A DNA stretch of 64,000 nucleotides from Mobula hypostoma (lineage: Eukaryota), in the NCBI RefSeq assembly GCF_963921235.1, contig NC_086097.1, positions 232,068,001 to 232,132,000 of the forward strand. Direction: 5' to 3'. Both the position numbers and the translations under genes were made by a program. This document shows, in pieces, positions 1 to 13,004 of the stretch (position 1 is its first letter; each line of letters starts with the position of its first letter). The notes beneath the pieces were generated by a model. It was not told where the DNA came from, ran no database searches, and saw nothing but the letters and a program-made list of their open reading frames with translations.

Positions 1-477
1 TATTTTACTTTCTCTTCCATGGGTGATGTTTCCTTGCTAATGACTTAATGAACTGTTAATCCTGAATAATTTCTTGTACAAACAGTGACATGGACTTGTA
101 TCATCTGCCAAGCGGTATGTTTGCACTGGCAAGTGATTAGGAGATGGAATCCTTCAAAGTAAAATCACAGGGTGAAATAAAAGATTGCACCGACGTTCAC
201 TACAGTGAGAATAACAATGCTTGAGAAGTCAAGAGCAATTTCTATTCATCTGAGCCTGCTTACTTAAATAGATTTTTCCCCATCACTCGCAGAACCACGC
301 TGATGATGAATGTAGCTATTCAGTTTAACAATGATTAATGTGTCTTGGCTCATATTAGTAATGTTATGGTGATCCTTAAGGATATGAAAAGGATAACCAT
401 TATGGTTTTGTTATTCTATGGAGTTGTAATAGCAGAAAAACAGTGCTTCTTCCAGCTGATTAAAAAAAAGGTTCAGT

Positions 478-1248
478 AAAATTCACATTATGTTCCAGTG
501 AGGTAGCTCCAATTTGAAGGCATGAATATTGATTTCTCCTTCTGGTAAAAGAAAATTGTCCCTTCTCTTCCCCTTTTCTCCTATTCCCCACCTCTTCTCA
601 ACTGCCTATCATCTCCCCATAGTGCCCCTCTTCCTTCCCTTGCCCCTGTGCTCCACCCTCCTCTCCTATCAGATTCCTTCCTCACCAGCTCAAAGTTTCC
701 TCTAAGGTGTGTATGTGTACACATCTTTTATTTCAAGCACACAAAGGAATTTAAACTGTGAACAAAAGGTTATCGTCGTCTACCTCATTGACATGTTAAG
801 TATATTTCACAATTGGACACAATCACATTTCCTTTTCCAGTTTCTGATACAGATGGTGTTGACAACATAGAGTTTGTGGTAATTTGTCTGCAGATTTTAG
901 AAATGGCTTGTTGAAGAAATTATTCAGTGTGCACATGATGCAGTCACTGGGCAAAAAAATTGCACAGCACAAGATTTTTGCGCACACAGGTCATTACAGA
1001 TTAGCTGGAACATTGCTCCAGCCCCTTACTTTTCCCTGATCTCACCTATCACCTTCTAGCTATCTTTCTTCCCCCCCGCTGCCTTTTTATTCTGGCATCT
1101 TCCCCCTTCCTTTCCAGGCTTGAAGAAGGGTCTTGGCCCAAAATGTCAAATGTTTGTTCAGTTCCAGGATGCTGCCTGACCTGCTGAGTTCCTTCAGTAT
1201 TTTGTGTTTGTTGCTTTGGATCTCCAGCATCTGCAAAATCTCTTGTGA
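478..1248 (+). mobile_element. Penelope-like element (family A) 3' relic: degenerate GIY-YIG C-terminus, pyrimidine-rich tract and terminal repeat; interrupted by a hAT MITE
   Basis: '...gaaggcatgaatattgatttctcc' resembles the GMNIDFS end seen at 29019. It is followed by a CT-rich tract, a decayed hammerhead (ttgaagaagggtcttggcccaaaatgtc) and the family 3' end gatgctgcctgacctgctgagttcc...cagcatctgca. Confidence 0.8.
691..1015. mobile_element. Non-autonomous hAT DNA transposon (MITE)
   Basis: Termini caaagtttcctctaa / ttagctggaacattg; degenerate 8-bp TSD caccagct / ctccagcc; same family as 44147-44606 in the opposite orientation. Confidence 0.8.
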
Positions 1249-2255
1249 GTAGGTTCAGTAAACAAATCTTTTACATCACACAAACTGAAAAGATTTCATG
1301 CATCAGCTAGAGAAATTACATCTATGTGATAAACCAAATTCTCACTGTAGACACCTGCTGTTGAGGCTCAGAGTCACAGAGTGTTACACTATGGAAACTT
1401 CGGTGATGGACAAATGGGACAAGTTTAGTTGGGAATCTTGGTTGGCATTGTCCTTCAGTCTGCCTGGACCATGTCAACCAAGGTTCCCATCTAAGCTAGT
1501 CCCATTTGCCTATGTTTGGCCCATATCCTCCTAAGCTTTTCCTATCCATGTATCCGTCCAAGTCCCCTTTAAAAGTTGTTAACGTATCGGCCTCAACTAT
1601 TTCTTCGGCAGCTCTTTCCGTGTATAGACCACCGGCTGGGTGAAAAAGTTGTCCCTCAAATTCCTATTAAATCTCTCCTTTCTCGACTTAAACCTATGCT
1701 CTCGAGTTCTTGATTTCCCAATCCTGGGAAAAAGGCTGTGAACAATGACCCTCATGAGTTTAAACAACTCAAACATCATTCCTCATGTTCCAGTGATAGA
1801 AATCCTAGTCTACTCAGCCACTCTCCACAACTCAGTCCCTTGAATCCCAGTGGCAACCTTGTAAATTTCTGCCTGCTCTCCAGCCTAGTGGCAATTTTCC
1901 TATAGCAGGGTGGCGATAACTGAAACTGGAACATAACATCTTAATTTCTATACTGATGACAGTCAGCATACCAAAAGCTTTCTTCACATGGACTTGTGCC
2001 CTTAGGTCCCTCTGTTCTACAACATTCCCCAGGGTCCTACTGTTCACAGTGAAAATCCTTTCCTCATTTGTCTTCCTAAAATGTAACCCGTCATACTTGT
2101 CCAAATTAAACTCCATTTGCCATTCCTTGGCCCATTTACTCTGCTGATCATGATCCCTCTGCAATTCCTGATAACTATCTTCACTGTCTATATCACCACA
2201 TATTTCTGTAAAATTTGCAAATTTACTAACCATGCCTTGTACGTTTTCATCCAAA

Positions 2256-2883
2256 TGTAAGGGGTTTCTTCTTTCATGTTACTGCTTAGGTTAATCAAAA
2301 CAGCTTCTTTGTTATGTTATAATTAAAATGGTTTCTTTGTTATGTTAAATGCTGAGAAAATTCTTTCGCTGCAGCTTGTTTGGGTTATATTATTGATAAG
2401 AGAGAAAATGAACTAATGGGTGTCCATGTTATACTTTTTTGGGGTGATATTCTGTCTCATATGGCTGGGAAACAATGTTTTTGGCGGGCTTTTGGAGGAG
2501 AGACCGTGAGTAAGACGGGCGTGCCGGGAGCGCTCTGATCAACCTCCTTGGGTGGTCCCGAGTTACGAGTCGAGGGGGTCGGCGTGGATCGTAGGGTGAA
2601 GAGAGACGGTCCTGAGCTCCAACTGTGTGCACGAAGAAATTGAACTTTGATAAGTCTGGTGCCTTTTTCTTTTCCTTTTATATTGTATCTCTATTAATCT
2701 CATAGTCGTAGTAAGATCTATAAATTGTAATCTGTAAAATGTACATTGTGTGTTGTCTGATGATTGATGTTTGAGGTTGAATCAGGTGGCATTGCACAGC
2801 AACTGAGGCAAACGGGAGACATGGTTGGGCGGCGGACGGAGTTTCCCCTAGATAAATACGAGCCGATATAGCTGAGTGTTACA
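2256..2883 (+). mobile_element. Solo LTR (Gypsy/ERV type), 628 bp
   Basis: Begins TGTAA, ends TTACA, is flanked by the 4-bp duplication caaa (2252-2255, 2884-2887) and cleanly splits the CR1 host. Strand is tentative. Confidence 0.85.
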
Positions 2884-3066
2884 CAAATAATTAACATAGG
2901 TGACAAACAGCAATGGGTCTAGAATAGAGCCCTGGGAAACAACATCATCTTGAGCTTTCTACCATCAAGGCATTGCTTACTCTTCTTGGATCTCATGTAA
3001 CTGATTTTTCCATAGCAGCTTACCATTCAGAATCTTATCAAAGCTCTTTCTAAAGTCCATATAGAC

Positions 3067-3150
3067 CAAGGGTTCCTAACCTTTTTTATGCCATGGATCC
3101 ATCCCTACCAATAACCAAGTGATCTGTGAATGCCAGGTTGGGAACTCCAG
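3067..3150. mobile_element. Miniature hAT (Charlie-like) MITE
   Basis: Termini caagggttcctaacc / ggttgggaactccag; 8-bp TSD atatagac / atgtatac; second copy at 54272. Confidence 0.75.
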
Positions 3151-3213
3151 ATGTATACCATGTCTACTGTCCATCTGTCATCAATCTCCTTGGTTACGTC
3201 TTCAAAGAAAAAC

Positions 3214-3850
3214 TATTATGGGTATGAAATAGAAAAGCAGCCAGTATCTGTCTGTAGAGGTATGAAATTCAATTGATGTTGATTGGTCAGTCGAGGAGTT
3301 GAGTTGAGGGTTGACTGCTGGACTTGAACATACGAGATTGTGAGGGACGGTCATTTGTCAGAAGCAACAGGTGAGGTTTGCAAATCAGTGGATGAAGAGA
3401 TGCTCAGAAGGGGATATAGTGAGGGTATTAGGACTGAATGTCTTTAAGGGAACCTTTTTGAGATGAATTACCTGCATTATGGTCAGACAAGTTCCCTTTA
3501 AGAAATACTGTTACAGGCCAGTTGTACTTGAAGGTGCAGTTGAAGACTGCTTCCTCACAAATGGTCTGCAGACAATGAGGATCATAATGCATCAATAGAA
3601 ACTGTATAAGTGTGTGTTTAGGTCAGGATTACAGAGAGAAAAACTGAGTGTAGATCCTCACTTTTTTGAAACATTTACTTTTAAATGAGCCTTGTAAAGT
3701 GCAAAACTATGGTACTGGACATTGTGAATTTTCCTCACATATGTTTATTGTTACGGGTTAGTAAATAATTTGATCTTGCTTTTGTACTTTAGATGCCTGA
3801 AAGATGAATATAGTATAATAAGAATTTGTTCCTGCACCTTAGCTTGTTAC
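3214..3850. mobile_element. Possible old solo LTR
   Basis: ~640-bp block starting tattatggg and ending ttgttaca that interrupts CR1-like sequence; no convincing TSD. Confidence 0.3.
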
Positions 3851-4509
3851 AGTCTTTATTAATTGCTTAGACAAAGAGACCTGGTTTAATGGATTCAGGT
3901 TTCCAGTGATACAGAGTTGGATGGGAAAAGTCTGAAAAGGAAGCTTCCAGAATTCTGAAAAGGGACTTGGGCAGATTAAATAGTGAGACAGGAATTTGCT
4001 GCAATGTGGGGAAGTGCAAAATTCATCACTTGTATGAAGTACTGCAAAATAGAATGAGCTTGAAATTTGGTAGTGTGGAATTGTGTTTTAAAGCAAAAGT
4101 ATTTTGCAATGGTAACTTTTATCACAGTCTTCCTTGGGTGTAATGTTATTGAATGTGAAGGCTACAGGGTACGGTTGGTGCATATTGCATGATTTAAAGC
4201 TTTTTATCTCAAATACATGCCCATAAAATGGAGTGGGTCTCAAAACATGCAGCTGCAGACCACAAGGTTGTTTCACACCTCATCTGGAGCAATCTGCTCC
4301 AATCTGTGCTAATGTTGGGATCATTCCAGTGAAGCAACACTTGGAACAGTCACTTTCAGCCCTGCTGTCTTCTGTATTTCTTCAAGAGAAAACCCACAGT
4401 GATTAGATGCCTAAATCTGGTAACACAAAATTCCACTGGAGATGTGTACTGCTGTCCACTTTAGATGAATCAAATATCGGAAGCAAGTACGACATTCATG
4501 AATGTACCC

Positions 4510-4880
4510 CTTACCCCTTCTGTTCTCCTCACCTGCCTATCACCGCCCTCTGGTGCCCCCCTGCCTTCCCTTCTCCCGTGGTCCTCGCTCCTCTCCTATC
4601 AGATCCCTTCTTCTTCAGCACTTTATCTTCAGCACCTATCACTTCTCAGCGTCTAACTTCATGCCCCCTTCTCCATCTATCTAACCTCCCTCCCCCTCAC
4701 CTGGCTTCACCTATCGCCTCCCAACTTGTCCTCCTTCTCCTCCCTCCAGCCATCTTATTCTGCCTTCCTTCCCAATACTGATGATGGGTCTTGGCCTGAA
4801 ACATTGACTCTTACTGAATTCCTTCTGCATTTTCTACATGTTGCTCTGGATTTCCAGCATCTGCAGAATCTCTTATCTTT
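4510..4880 (+). mobile_element. Penelope-like family A 3' terminal fragment with hammerhead core
   Basis: CT-rich tract, then CTGATGA(4778)-tgggtcttggcct-GAAA(4798)-cattgact and the family 3' end ggatttccagcatctgcagaatctct. Confidence 0.8.
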
Positions 4881-6122
4881 ATATCAACACCCAACATTAA
4901 CTTTTTTTCTCTGTAAACTGCCACCTGACTTATTGCATATTTATGGCATTCTTTATTTTTATTTATAATAAACTTGTTTATTTAATATGCAAGTCCACAA
5001 AGAACTGAAGACTTGCCCAGGGATTATAGCACTTAGACTTAGTAGCACACAAATTATAGCCACTTGTGGTGTCAAACACATATTTCATATATGTTTAAGA
5101 CAAATCATTCTATCCACACAGAACCACTTAGCACAAATGTCTTTTATTAACTATAAAAGCTAAATGCTTCAGAACAGACTCATCAGTGGCTGCCAATGGC
5201 TTTTTCTTCAGTCAGTCCCACATTAACAGGACTCCGACAGTCCCCTCTTTGATAACACAGTGAACTGTCTGGGCATTTAGTCTCACATCCATTGACATTT
5301 TGATGGTAACAAGTTTCAGATGCTGTGGCTGGAAGTGGGGAAGAATAAAATGGCCCACTTCAGCAATTTGGCCACACAGTCTCCACACAGTATAATGCTC
5401 TACAGGCATGCGGCTCGAGTCAGAAGGGTAAAGGGAAGATAGCTGGCTGTAAATCAGACTTTAGGGAGCATCAACTGTTGGCTGCATGATGAGGGAAAGG
5501 GAATTGCACTCGACTTAAACAACTGCAACTATTGAAAGAGCTCTGCCACAGGATCTCAATCATGTTACTTACAAACACACTGATAAGGCTATCTGTAGTT
5601 TTATGTCTTAATGTGCTGTCCTGACTTAAGTGGTTAATTATCATCTTTGAATAACACTGAGCAAAGAAGCTTCTTTCACCTCTGATTTTAACCTCAGCCT
5701 TGTCCAGTTTTTTTTTAAAAAAAGAAACTCAAGTGCTTGTTGAGGTAATGTCATTTTGAAGCCAGAGAAGGCTGGACAAAGTCCCTAGATTTCTATACAC
5801 AGCCAAACAGTGCAGTGGAAATCCTCTGAGACTTAAAGCTACCGAACAAAAATATGAAAGCAGACCAAGAACATACTTCAAAATAAACGTACAGTTTAAT
5901 GTTTCATAACTTTTAGGAAATATGATTATGTGCATTTGGAGAATAATGTCAGTTTAGCAAGCTTGGCGGAGTTTTTGATCCCAGGCCAAGCTGAACATAA
6001 AGCTAGATGTTCAAAGTTCAAAGTAAATTTATTATCAAAGTACTTACATGTCACCATATACAACCCTCAGATTTATTTCCTTGCAGGCATTCTCAGTAGA
6101 ACAAAGAAATGCAACAGAATCA

Positions 6123-9100
6123 TTCTTGGGTGCCTAGGCGCGACTCGAGTAGCAGCAGTACTCTCAACAGATACGATTAAATATTCCCGTTTCAGTCTGC
6201 TACAGCTAAAAAGCACAACTGATTAGGTCAGTACAGTCAGCAAAGATGTCTTATTGCATTTAAACAAACTATTGCTACTTAAAACTGATGGAAACAATTG
6301 TGGTCGGAAGGGCCCACGGAGGACACCACGGAGGTTGCACGGGCATAGATCAGGGTTACAAGCTTGTTTAAGGAAACGGGGTTTTAAACTCCCTATACTG
6401 ACTAACTTGCTGGCGAACGTGCAGTCTCTGGTGAATAAAATCGATGATCTCAGAGCTAGGGTGCTGAATCAGAGGGACATTAGGACCACATGTGTCCTTT
6501 GGTTCACGGAATCCTGGATAACCCCTTCCATACCAGATGCAGCGATCCAGATCAACGGGTTTACTATACATCGTCAGCATAGATCTATAGAGTCTTTCAA
6601 AAGCAGAAGTGGAGGAGTATGCCTCATGATCAACTCTTCTTGGTGCACAAATATATCTGTGCTGTCCCAATTCTACTCACCAGACCTGGAATATCTAGCA
6701 GTAAAGTGCCGTCCTTTTTACCTAGCATGGGAGTTCTCTGGAGTCATTTTGGTAGCAGTTTACATTCCACCTCAGGCCAATGTCAAGCAGGCTTTAGATG
6801 ATCTGGGTAATGGGATCAACATGCATGAAACAGTGCACCCTGATGCTGCCTTCGCCATCGTTTTGGGAGATTTTAACCAGGCCAGTCTGAAAAAATCACT
6901 TAGCAATTACCATCAACAGATCACTTGCAATACCAGAGGAAACAACACACTGGACCATTGTTATACCACCATCAAGAATGCATACTGTGCTATTCCACGC
7001 TCTCACTTCGGGAAGTCTGATCACCTGGCTGTACTTCTACTCCCTGAGTACAGGCAGAGACTGAAGACCGCAGCACCAGCAGTGAGGACCAAGAAGGTAT
7101 GGACAAGGGAAGCACAGGAGCGCCTACAGGACTGCTTTGAATCGGTGGATTGGACTGTATTCAGGGATTCATCTTTGAACCTGGATGACTATGCTGCAGT
7201 TGTTACTGACTTCATTAAAACCTGTGTGGATGAGAGTGTCACAAAGTCTTACTGCACATTCCCAAACCAAAAGCCGTGGATGAACCAGGAGGTACGTCAT
7301 CTGCTCAAGGCTAAATCTGTGGCATTCAAGTCTGGCAACCCAGGTCTGTGCCAGAAAACCAGGTATGATTTGCAGAGGGCTATTTCAAGGATGAAGAGAC
7401 AATTTCAAATGAGGTTGGAAGCGTCATTGGATGCACGGCAACTCTGGCAGGGTCAGCAAGATATTACTTCCTACAAAGCGAAATCCAATAGCTTGAATGG
7501 CAGCGATGCTTCACTACCAGATGAACTCAACGCCTTCTATGCACGCTTTGAAAGGGAGAACACAACCACAGCTGTGAAGATCCCTGCTGCACCTGATGAC
7601 CCTGTGATCTCTGTCTCAAAGGCCATGTTAGGCTGTCTTTAAAGAGAGTGAACCCTCGCAAGGCATAAGGTCCCAATGGAGTACCTGGTAAGGCTCTGAA
7701 AACCTGTGCCAACCAACTTGCGGGAGTATTCAAGGATACTTTCAACCTCTCACTGCCATAGGCAGAAGTTTCCACTTGCTTCAAAAAGGCAATAATTCTA
7801 CCGGTGCCTAAGAAGAATAACGTGGGCTGCCTTAATGACTATCGCCCGGTAGCACTCACATTGACAGTGATGAAATGCTTTGAGAGGTTGGTCATGACTA
7901 GTCTGAACTCTTGCCTCAGCAAGGACCTGGACCCACTGCAATTTGCCTATCGCCACAATAGGTCAACGGCAGATGCAATCTCAGTGCCTCTCCACATGGC
8001 TTCAGACCACCTGGACAATACAAACACCTGCGTCAGGATGCTGTTCATCAGCTATAATTCAGCATTTAATACCATCATTCCCACAATCCTGATTGAGAAG
8101 TTGCAGAACCTGGGCATCTGTACCTCCCTCTGCAGTTGGGTCCTTGACTTCCTATCCGCAATCTGTGCAGATTGGTGATAACATCTCCTCCTTGCTGACG
8201 ATCAACATTGGTGCACCTCAGGGGTGTGTGCTTAGCCCACTGCTTTACTCTCTGTATACACATGGCTGTGTGGTTATGCATAGCTCAAATACTATCTACA
8301 AACTTGCTGACAATACAACCATTGTTGGTAGAATGTCAGGTGGTGACGAGAGGGCGTACAAGAGTGAGATATGCCAACTAGTGGAATGGTGCCACAGCAA
8401 CAACCTGGCACTCAACGTCAGTAAGATGAAAGAGCTGATTGTGGACTTCAGGAAGAGTAAGATGAAGGAACACATACCAATCCTCATAGAGGGATCAGAA
8501 GTGGGAAGAGTGAACAGCTTCAAGTTCCTGGGTGTCAAGATCTCTGAGGATCTAACCTGGTCCCAACATATCGATGTAGTTATAAAGAAGGCAAGACAGC
8601 AGCTATACTTTATTAGGAGTTTGAAGAGATTTGGCATGTCAACAAATATACTCAAAAAATTCTATAGCCTTACCGTGGAGAGCATTCTGACAGGCTGCAT
8701 CACTGTCTGGTATGGAGGGGCTACCTCTCTGAAAGAAGCTGCAGAAGGCTGTAAATCTAGTCAGCTCCATCTTGGGAGCCTACAAAGTACCCAGGACAAC
8801 TTTAAGGAGCTGTGTCTCAGAAAGGCCTCTAGCGCCCAGGGCATGCCCTTTTCTCACTGTTACCATCAGGTAGGAGGTACAGAAGCCTGAAGGCACACAC
8901 TCAGCGATTCAGGAACTGCTTCTTCCCCTCTGCCATCTGATTCCTAAATGGACATTGAATCTTTGGACACTACCTCACTTTTTAAAAAAATATACAGTAT
9001 TTCTGTTTTTGCACATTTGAAAAAATCTATGCAATGTATGTAATTGATTTACTTGTTTATTTATTATTTTTTTTTGTTTATTATTTTATTTTTTTCTCTG

Positions 9101-9194
9101 CTAAATTATGTATTGCTTTGAACTGCTGCTGCTAAGTTAACAAATTTCACGTCACATGCCGGTGATAATAAACCTGATTCTGATTCTGATTCTG
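6123..9194 (+). mobile_element. Rex1/Babar-clade LINE spanning APE, RT and 3' tail; disabled
   Basis: APE plus RT coding region followed by a 3' UTR ending aataaacct(gattct)3. Confidence 0.92.
6254..8890 (+). pseudogene. Rex1/Babar APE-endonuclease/reverse-transcriptase ORF, broken by frameshifts and stops
   Basis: APE motifs LANVQSL, FTESW, VYIPP, GDFN, TLDHCY, SDH (ORF 6254-7642). RT motifs [21 protein letters not shown] (7804-8178), then GAPQGCVLSPLLY and KLADNT (catalytic DD mutated) in 8093-8890. Confidence 0.92.
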
Positions 9195-9747
9195 AAAAAA
9201 TACACACAAAAACTGACAAACAACCAATGTGCAAAGGAAGACAAACTGTGCAAATACAAGATAATAATAATAAAATAATAAATAGATAGATAGATAGATA
9301 GATAAACAATAATAATACTATGAATTGTAGAGTGCTTGAAAGTGAGTCTGGGCAGGCTGTGTTCAGTGATCAGGTCAGTCTTCTCAATGATATCTGAACC
9401 AGTTCAACTTCCCAGCCATCTCAAAGACCAAAAACATACATTAATGGGCACCTACAATAACAAAATGTGATGAGTTTTAATTAAACTGCAGAAAATAAAA
9501 GCATTCTGGGCAATTGTGAGAGAACTCACCAGTTATCCGGGGCACCAACACTTTCACAAAGGACCCTGTGGATCAGTCTACATAACGAGGATGATTAAGA
9601 GGAAAGAAAAGTTTTCCTTAGCAGAGCAGAATAACTTTTATATAAAACCAACCTGTCAGGTCTAGTGATTCATTCAGAACCAGTCATAATTCTAGCTTGC
9701 TTCAGGTTACAGGTCTCCAAATTTCACGCGAACTGTCAAGGCAAGTC

Positions 9748-10000
9748 TTTATTTGTATTTCATTTAGAGATACAGCACAGTAACAAGCCCTTCTGACCCA
9801 TGAGTCTCTGCTGCCCATGTGACTAATTAACCTTCTAACCCCTATGTCTTTGGAATGTGGGAGGAATCCAGAGCACCCGGAGGAAACCCACGCAGTCATG
9901 GAGAGAATGTGTGCACTCCTTACGGACAGTGGAGTGAATTGAACCCAGACTGCTAGTGTTGTAATGGTGTTACACTTACCACTATGCTACTGTGCTGTCC
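9748..10000 (-). mobile_element. V-SINE (HE1-like)
   Basis: Reverse complement of the V-domain gcgtgggtttcctccgggtgctctggattcctcccacattccaaagac. Confidence 0.8.
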
Positions 10001-10685
10001 CACACACTGAGCAAGCTCCGTGGGGCTATTTATGCATTTTCTTTATTTCTATTTTCAGTTATGGCTTTTGTTTTTTTAAAATTATAAAGCTCCAAAACCT
10101 TCTTGGTGGGAGATACATATATACACATATTTTGGCCTACAGCTTGAAATCCTGCATGCTTTCTCAAATTCATCATCTTTAAAAGGCACAGAGTCTAAAA
10201 GGAAAACAGAGTGATTTTATTTCCCTAAAGGGAGTGATACTGTATCATCAGAAACCATCCTAACAAATCTTATAGCAAAGAAAAAACAGAAATCATTGTT
10301 ATGGTTGGCAGTTGTAATAGTTCTTGAGTTTATGACTAAAGTGATAAATAACATGTGGTTTAAAGCATACATGGGCAATCTACTAATTACAGACTAATGG
10401 CATAGCCTTCACTGTATTTTTTGTCTTGCCATGAAGTTGCAGATCTATGTATTGCCAGGTTATGCCACCAAGAGGTAACTTTCCAAAAATAACAATTCAC
10501 GGCCCGAAGATCAACTCAATTTGCCATCTACATTTACATGTATTAGGAATTTGCCGTGGTGTGTTGGCGTGACATGCAACAACAAAAGAAAAATCAATAA
10601 TTATGAAGAATTGTATAAAAAAAATAAAGTTACAGGTTAATTGTCACATTATGGAGTAAAAGTATTTTATCATAGTTAACTAAAC

Positions 10686-10975
10686 CGTAAAACATAGAAA
10701 ACAGAACGGTACAGCACAGGAACAGGCTCTTTAGCCCAGAATGTTGCACCAAGCTAATTAAACTAGCAATTAAATGCCAAGTTAAACTAATCTCTTTAGT
10801 CAACATAATGTCCATATCTCTCCATGTGCCTATCAAGTGGATCTGAATTGCCTGTCGCATTTGCCTCCAGTCCCATGCCTGGCAGCCCATTTCACCAAAC
10901 ACACCACACTTTACATAAAAAAGCTGCTCCTCACACCTCCTTTGAATGTACGCCCTCTCACCATAACTGCATATG
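10686..10975 (-). mobile_element. CR1 3' end fragment
   Basis: aacatagaa-type tail and gtacagcacaggaacaggc...gcccag motif shared with other CR1 ends in the window. Confidence 0.7.
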
Positions 10976-11069
10976 CTTAAAATAATATATAATCTCAGTT
11001 ACCAGTAAAATCTGAATCATTTGGAAGATCCCTGAATGAGTAATTTCTTTCAACGTCATACTTTTTTTA

Positions 11070-11300
11070 TTAGTTTACTTCTGACCTTTCAAGCTGCACC
11101 GCCCAACAACCCCCGATTTAACGCTATCCTAATCACTGGACAATCTACAATGAACAATTAACTTACCAACTGGTACATCTTTGAGCTGCAGGAGGAAACT
11201 GAAGCGTGGGGAGAACGTACAAACTCAATGCCTTCAGCAGCGGAAACTGATCCCAGGTTACCTGTACTGTCAAATGTTGTGGTACCGTGCCACCCTGCAC
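11070..11300 (-). mobile_element. V-SINE, degraded
   Basis: Homologous to 45730-46025 (ctaatcactggacaatctacaatg...ggaggaaact...gggagaacgtacaaactc). Confidence 0.65.
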
Positions 11301-11459
11301 TTGTTGCTTTTAATGATTTTTTTTGACAAATATCTTCCTTTCTTAAACATGTCCCAGCCAGCCCTCTATTGTTGTCTCTTCATAAAAATGAGCTAATCCA
11401 AAGTTCTGCTTCAATTATTCTAAAGTAGATTGGGACCAGTTTGCACACCAATGCTAAAC

Positions 11460-11595
11460 CAAATTGCTGCAGATTCTGGAAATCTGAAGTAAAACCAGAA
11501 AATGCGGAATTTCTCAGCAGGTCAGCCAGCATCTATGGAGAGGGAAATAAATTATAAACACAAGAGACTCTGCAGATGCTGGAAAGATCCACACA
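11460..11595 (-). mobile_element. Two tandem Penelope-like family A 3' termini
   Basis: ctgcagattctggaaatc...ctcagcaggtcagccagcatctatggag, then aaacacaagagactctgcagatgctggaa. Confidence 0.65.
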
Positions 11596-11958
11596 AAGAG
11601 CAGAATAAACCCTACAACCCCATCAAGTCTGCTCTGCCATTCCATCATGACTGATTTATTATCCTTCTCAACTCCATTCTCCTGCTTTCTCCCCATAACC
11701 TTTGGCACACTGATTAATCTTCTATGATATTATTGGCTATCTTACCTTCATATTTTATCTTTTTTCTCTTTATGGCTTTTTAGTTGCCTCCTGTTGGTTT
11801 ATAAAAGCTTCCCAATCTGCTACTGTCTCACAAATTTTTTGCTACATTATATGCACTTTCTTTTCCTTTTATGGTGTCTTTGACTTCCCTTGTCAGCTAA
11901 GGCTGCCTCATTCTGCCCTTAGAATACTTATTCAGCTTTGAGATGTATCTTTTCTGCA

Positions 11959-12172
11959 TATGGCCAAGTGGTTAAGGCGTTCGTCTAGATATCTCAAGGT
12001 CGCTAGTTTGAGCCTCAGCTGTGGCAGCGTGTTTGTGCCCTTGAGCAAGGCACTTAATCACACATTGCTCTAGTCTGTGCGAGGAGTGGTGCCCCACACA
12101 GACTTCCAATCTGCGCCTTGTAAGGCATGAAAATGCCCGACGCAGGCCTCTCATGGTCTGAGTCGACATTCC
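11959..12172 (+). mobile_element. tRNA-derived CORE-like SINE, alternative-tail subfamily
   Basis: A-box tggccaagtgg, B-box-like gtttgagcc, core ccttgagcaaggcacttaatcacac; 10-bp TSD cttttctgca (11949-11958, 12173-12182). Confidence 0.85.
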
Positions 12173-12199
12173 CTTTTCTGCACCTTCCAAATTTCACCC

Positions 12200-12700
12200 A
12201 GAACATCTGCCTGCACTCACTACTGCACTCTTCTTCTCCCCTCTTCTGTTCTGAGCCACAGAACCAGACTCAGTGCCGGAGATCTGTTTGCTGCAGCTTC
12301 CCACTGCTACGTTGCTTCCCCGCCAACAGTTTCCAAGCGACATGCTTATTTCTGAGGGGCTTGGCCATAGGGGTACTCTGCAGTAGCTGTCTGTTACTTT
12401 TCCCTCTCCCAACAGTCACCCAGGGACCTGTTTCCTGAAAGTTCAGGGTGACTATTTCCCTGTTGCTCCTATCTATCTCTTCCTTGTTATCCTGTGTGAG
12501 ACACAGGTCACAAAGCTGCAGCTCCAGTTCCTCAGCACAGTCTCTCAGGAGCCATACCTTGGTGCCCTTTCTGCGGGTGTAGTTACCAGGGAAACTAGAG
12601 GTCTCCCAATGTACCCATATCTCACACAAGGAACATGCCACTAACTCTGGATCATTCTCAGCGCACTAGTTATGTACTAACAAAAAAAAACTTAATGGAA
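12200..12700 (-). pseudogene. CR1 ORF1 N-terminal relic (Cys motif plus leucine-zipper-like region)
   Basis: ORF 12270-12641 MACSLCEIW...LLRDCAEELELQL...IDRS.REIVT...WVTV.RGK resembles vertebrate CR1 ORF1; a similar relic lies at 63100-63440. Confidence 0.7.
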
Positions 12701-13004
12701 ATTTACTTAGAACCTCTGCCCGTGGTCACCCAAGCCTGTTGAGCCAAAACCCAGACCGCTCTAACACTGGCCCACTCCAACAATGGCCGCTTCGCTTACA
12801 CCTTGTTTCTTTTAATTGGCCCCTGCTGATTACCACCCACCACAAAAACAGCCGAAGGCACTGGAGCTCTTTGTAAACCCAGAGCTGTGACACCAATGAA
12901 CAAATTTCCATGCTGATTGCCGTCCACTGAGAAAAAAGCTTAAAGACCTGAGCTCTTTTTAAACTTCACATTACATCATCAGTGAATAACCTCTTGACCT
13001 CTAG

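Larger units (their letters stand above)
1366..3213 (-). mobile_element. CR1 LINE 3' portion, degraded; interrupted by a solo LTR and a mini-MITE
   Basis: ORF 1832-2254 has CR1 RT motifs (WAKEWQMEFN, EQRDL) and ORF 1597-1779 has the CR1 C-terminus (SRTREHRFK, FFTQPVV); homology resumes after 2884. Confidence 0.85.
6010..9370 (-). mobile_element. Rex1-type 3' tail (6010-6122 and 9195-9370) split by the younger Rex1 insertion
   Basis: aaagttcaaagtaaatttattatcaaag...cagaatca resumes as aaaaaatacacacaaaaactgacaaacaaccaatgtgcaaa; related tails occur at 15150, 24280 and 35900. Confidence 0.65.

Noticed and set aside
9281..9304. (atag)n runs here and at 13575, and the G-run at ~28257-28269
   Set aside because: Ordinary microsatellites or LINE tails.
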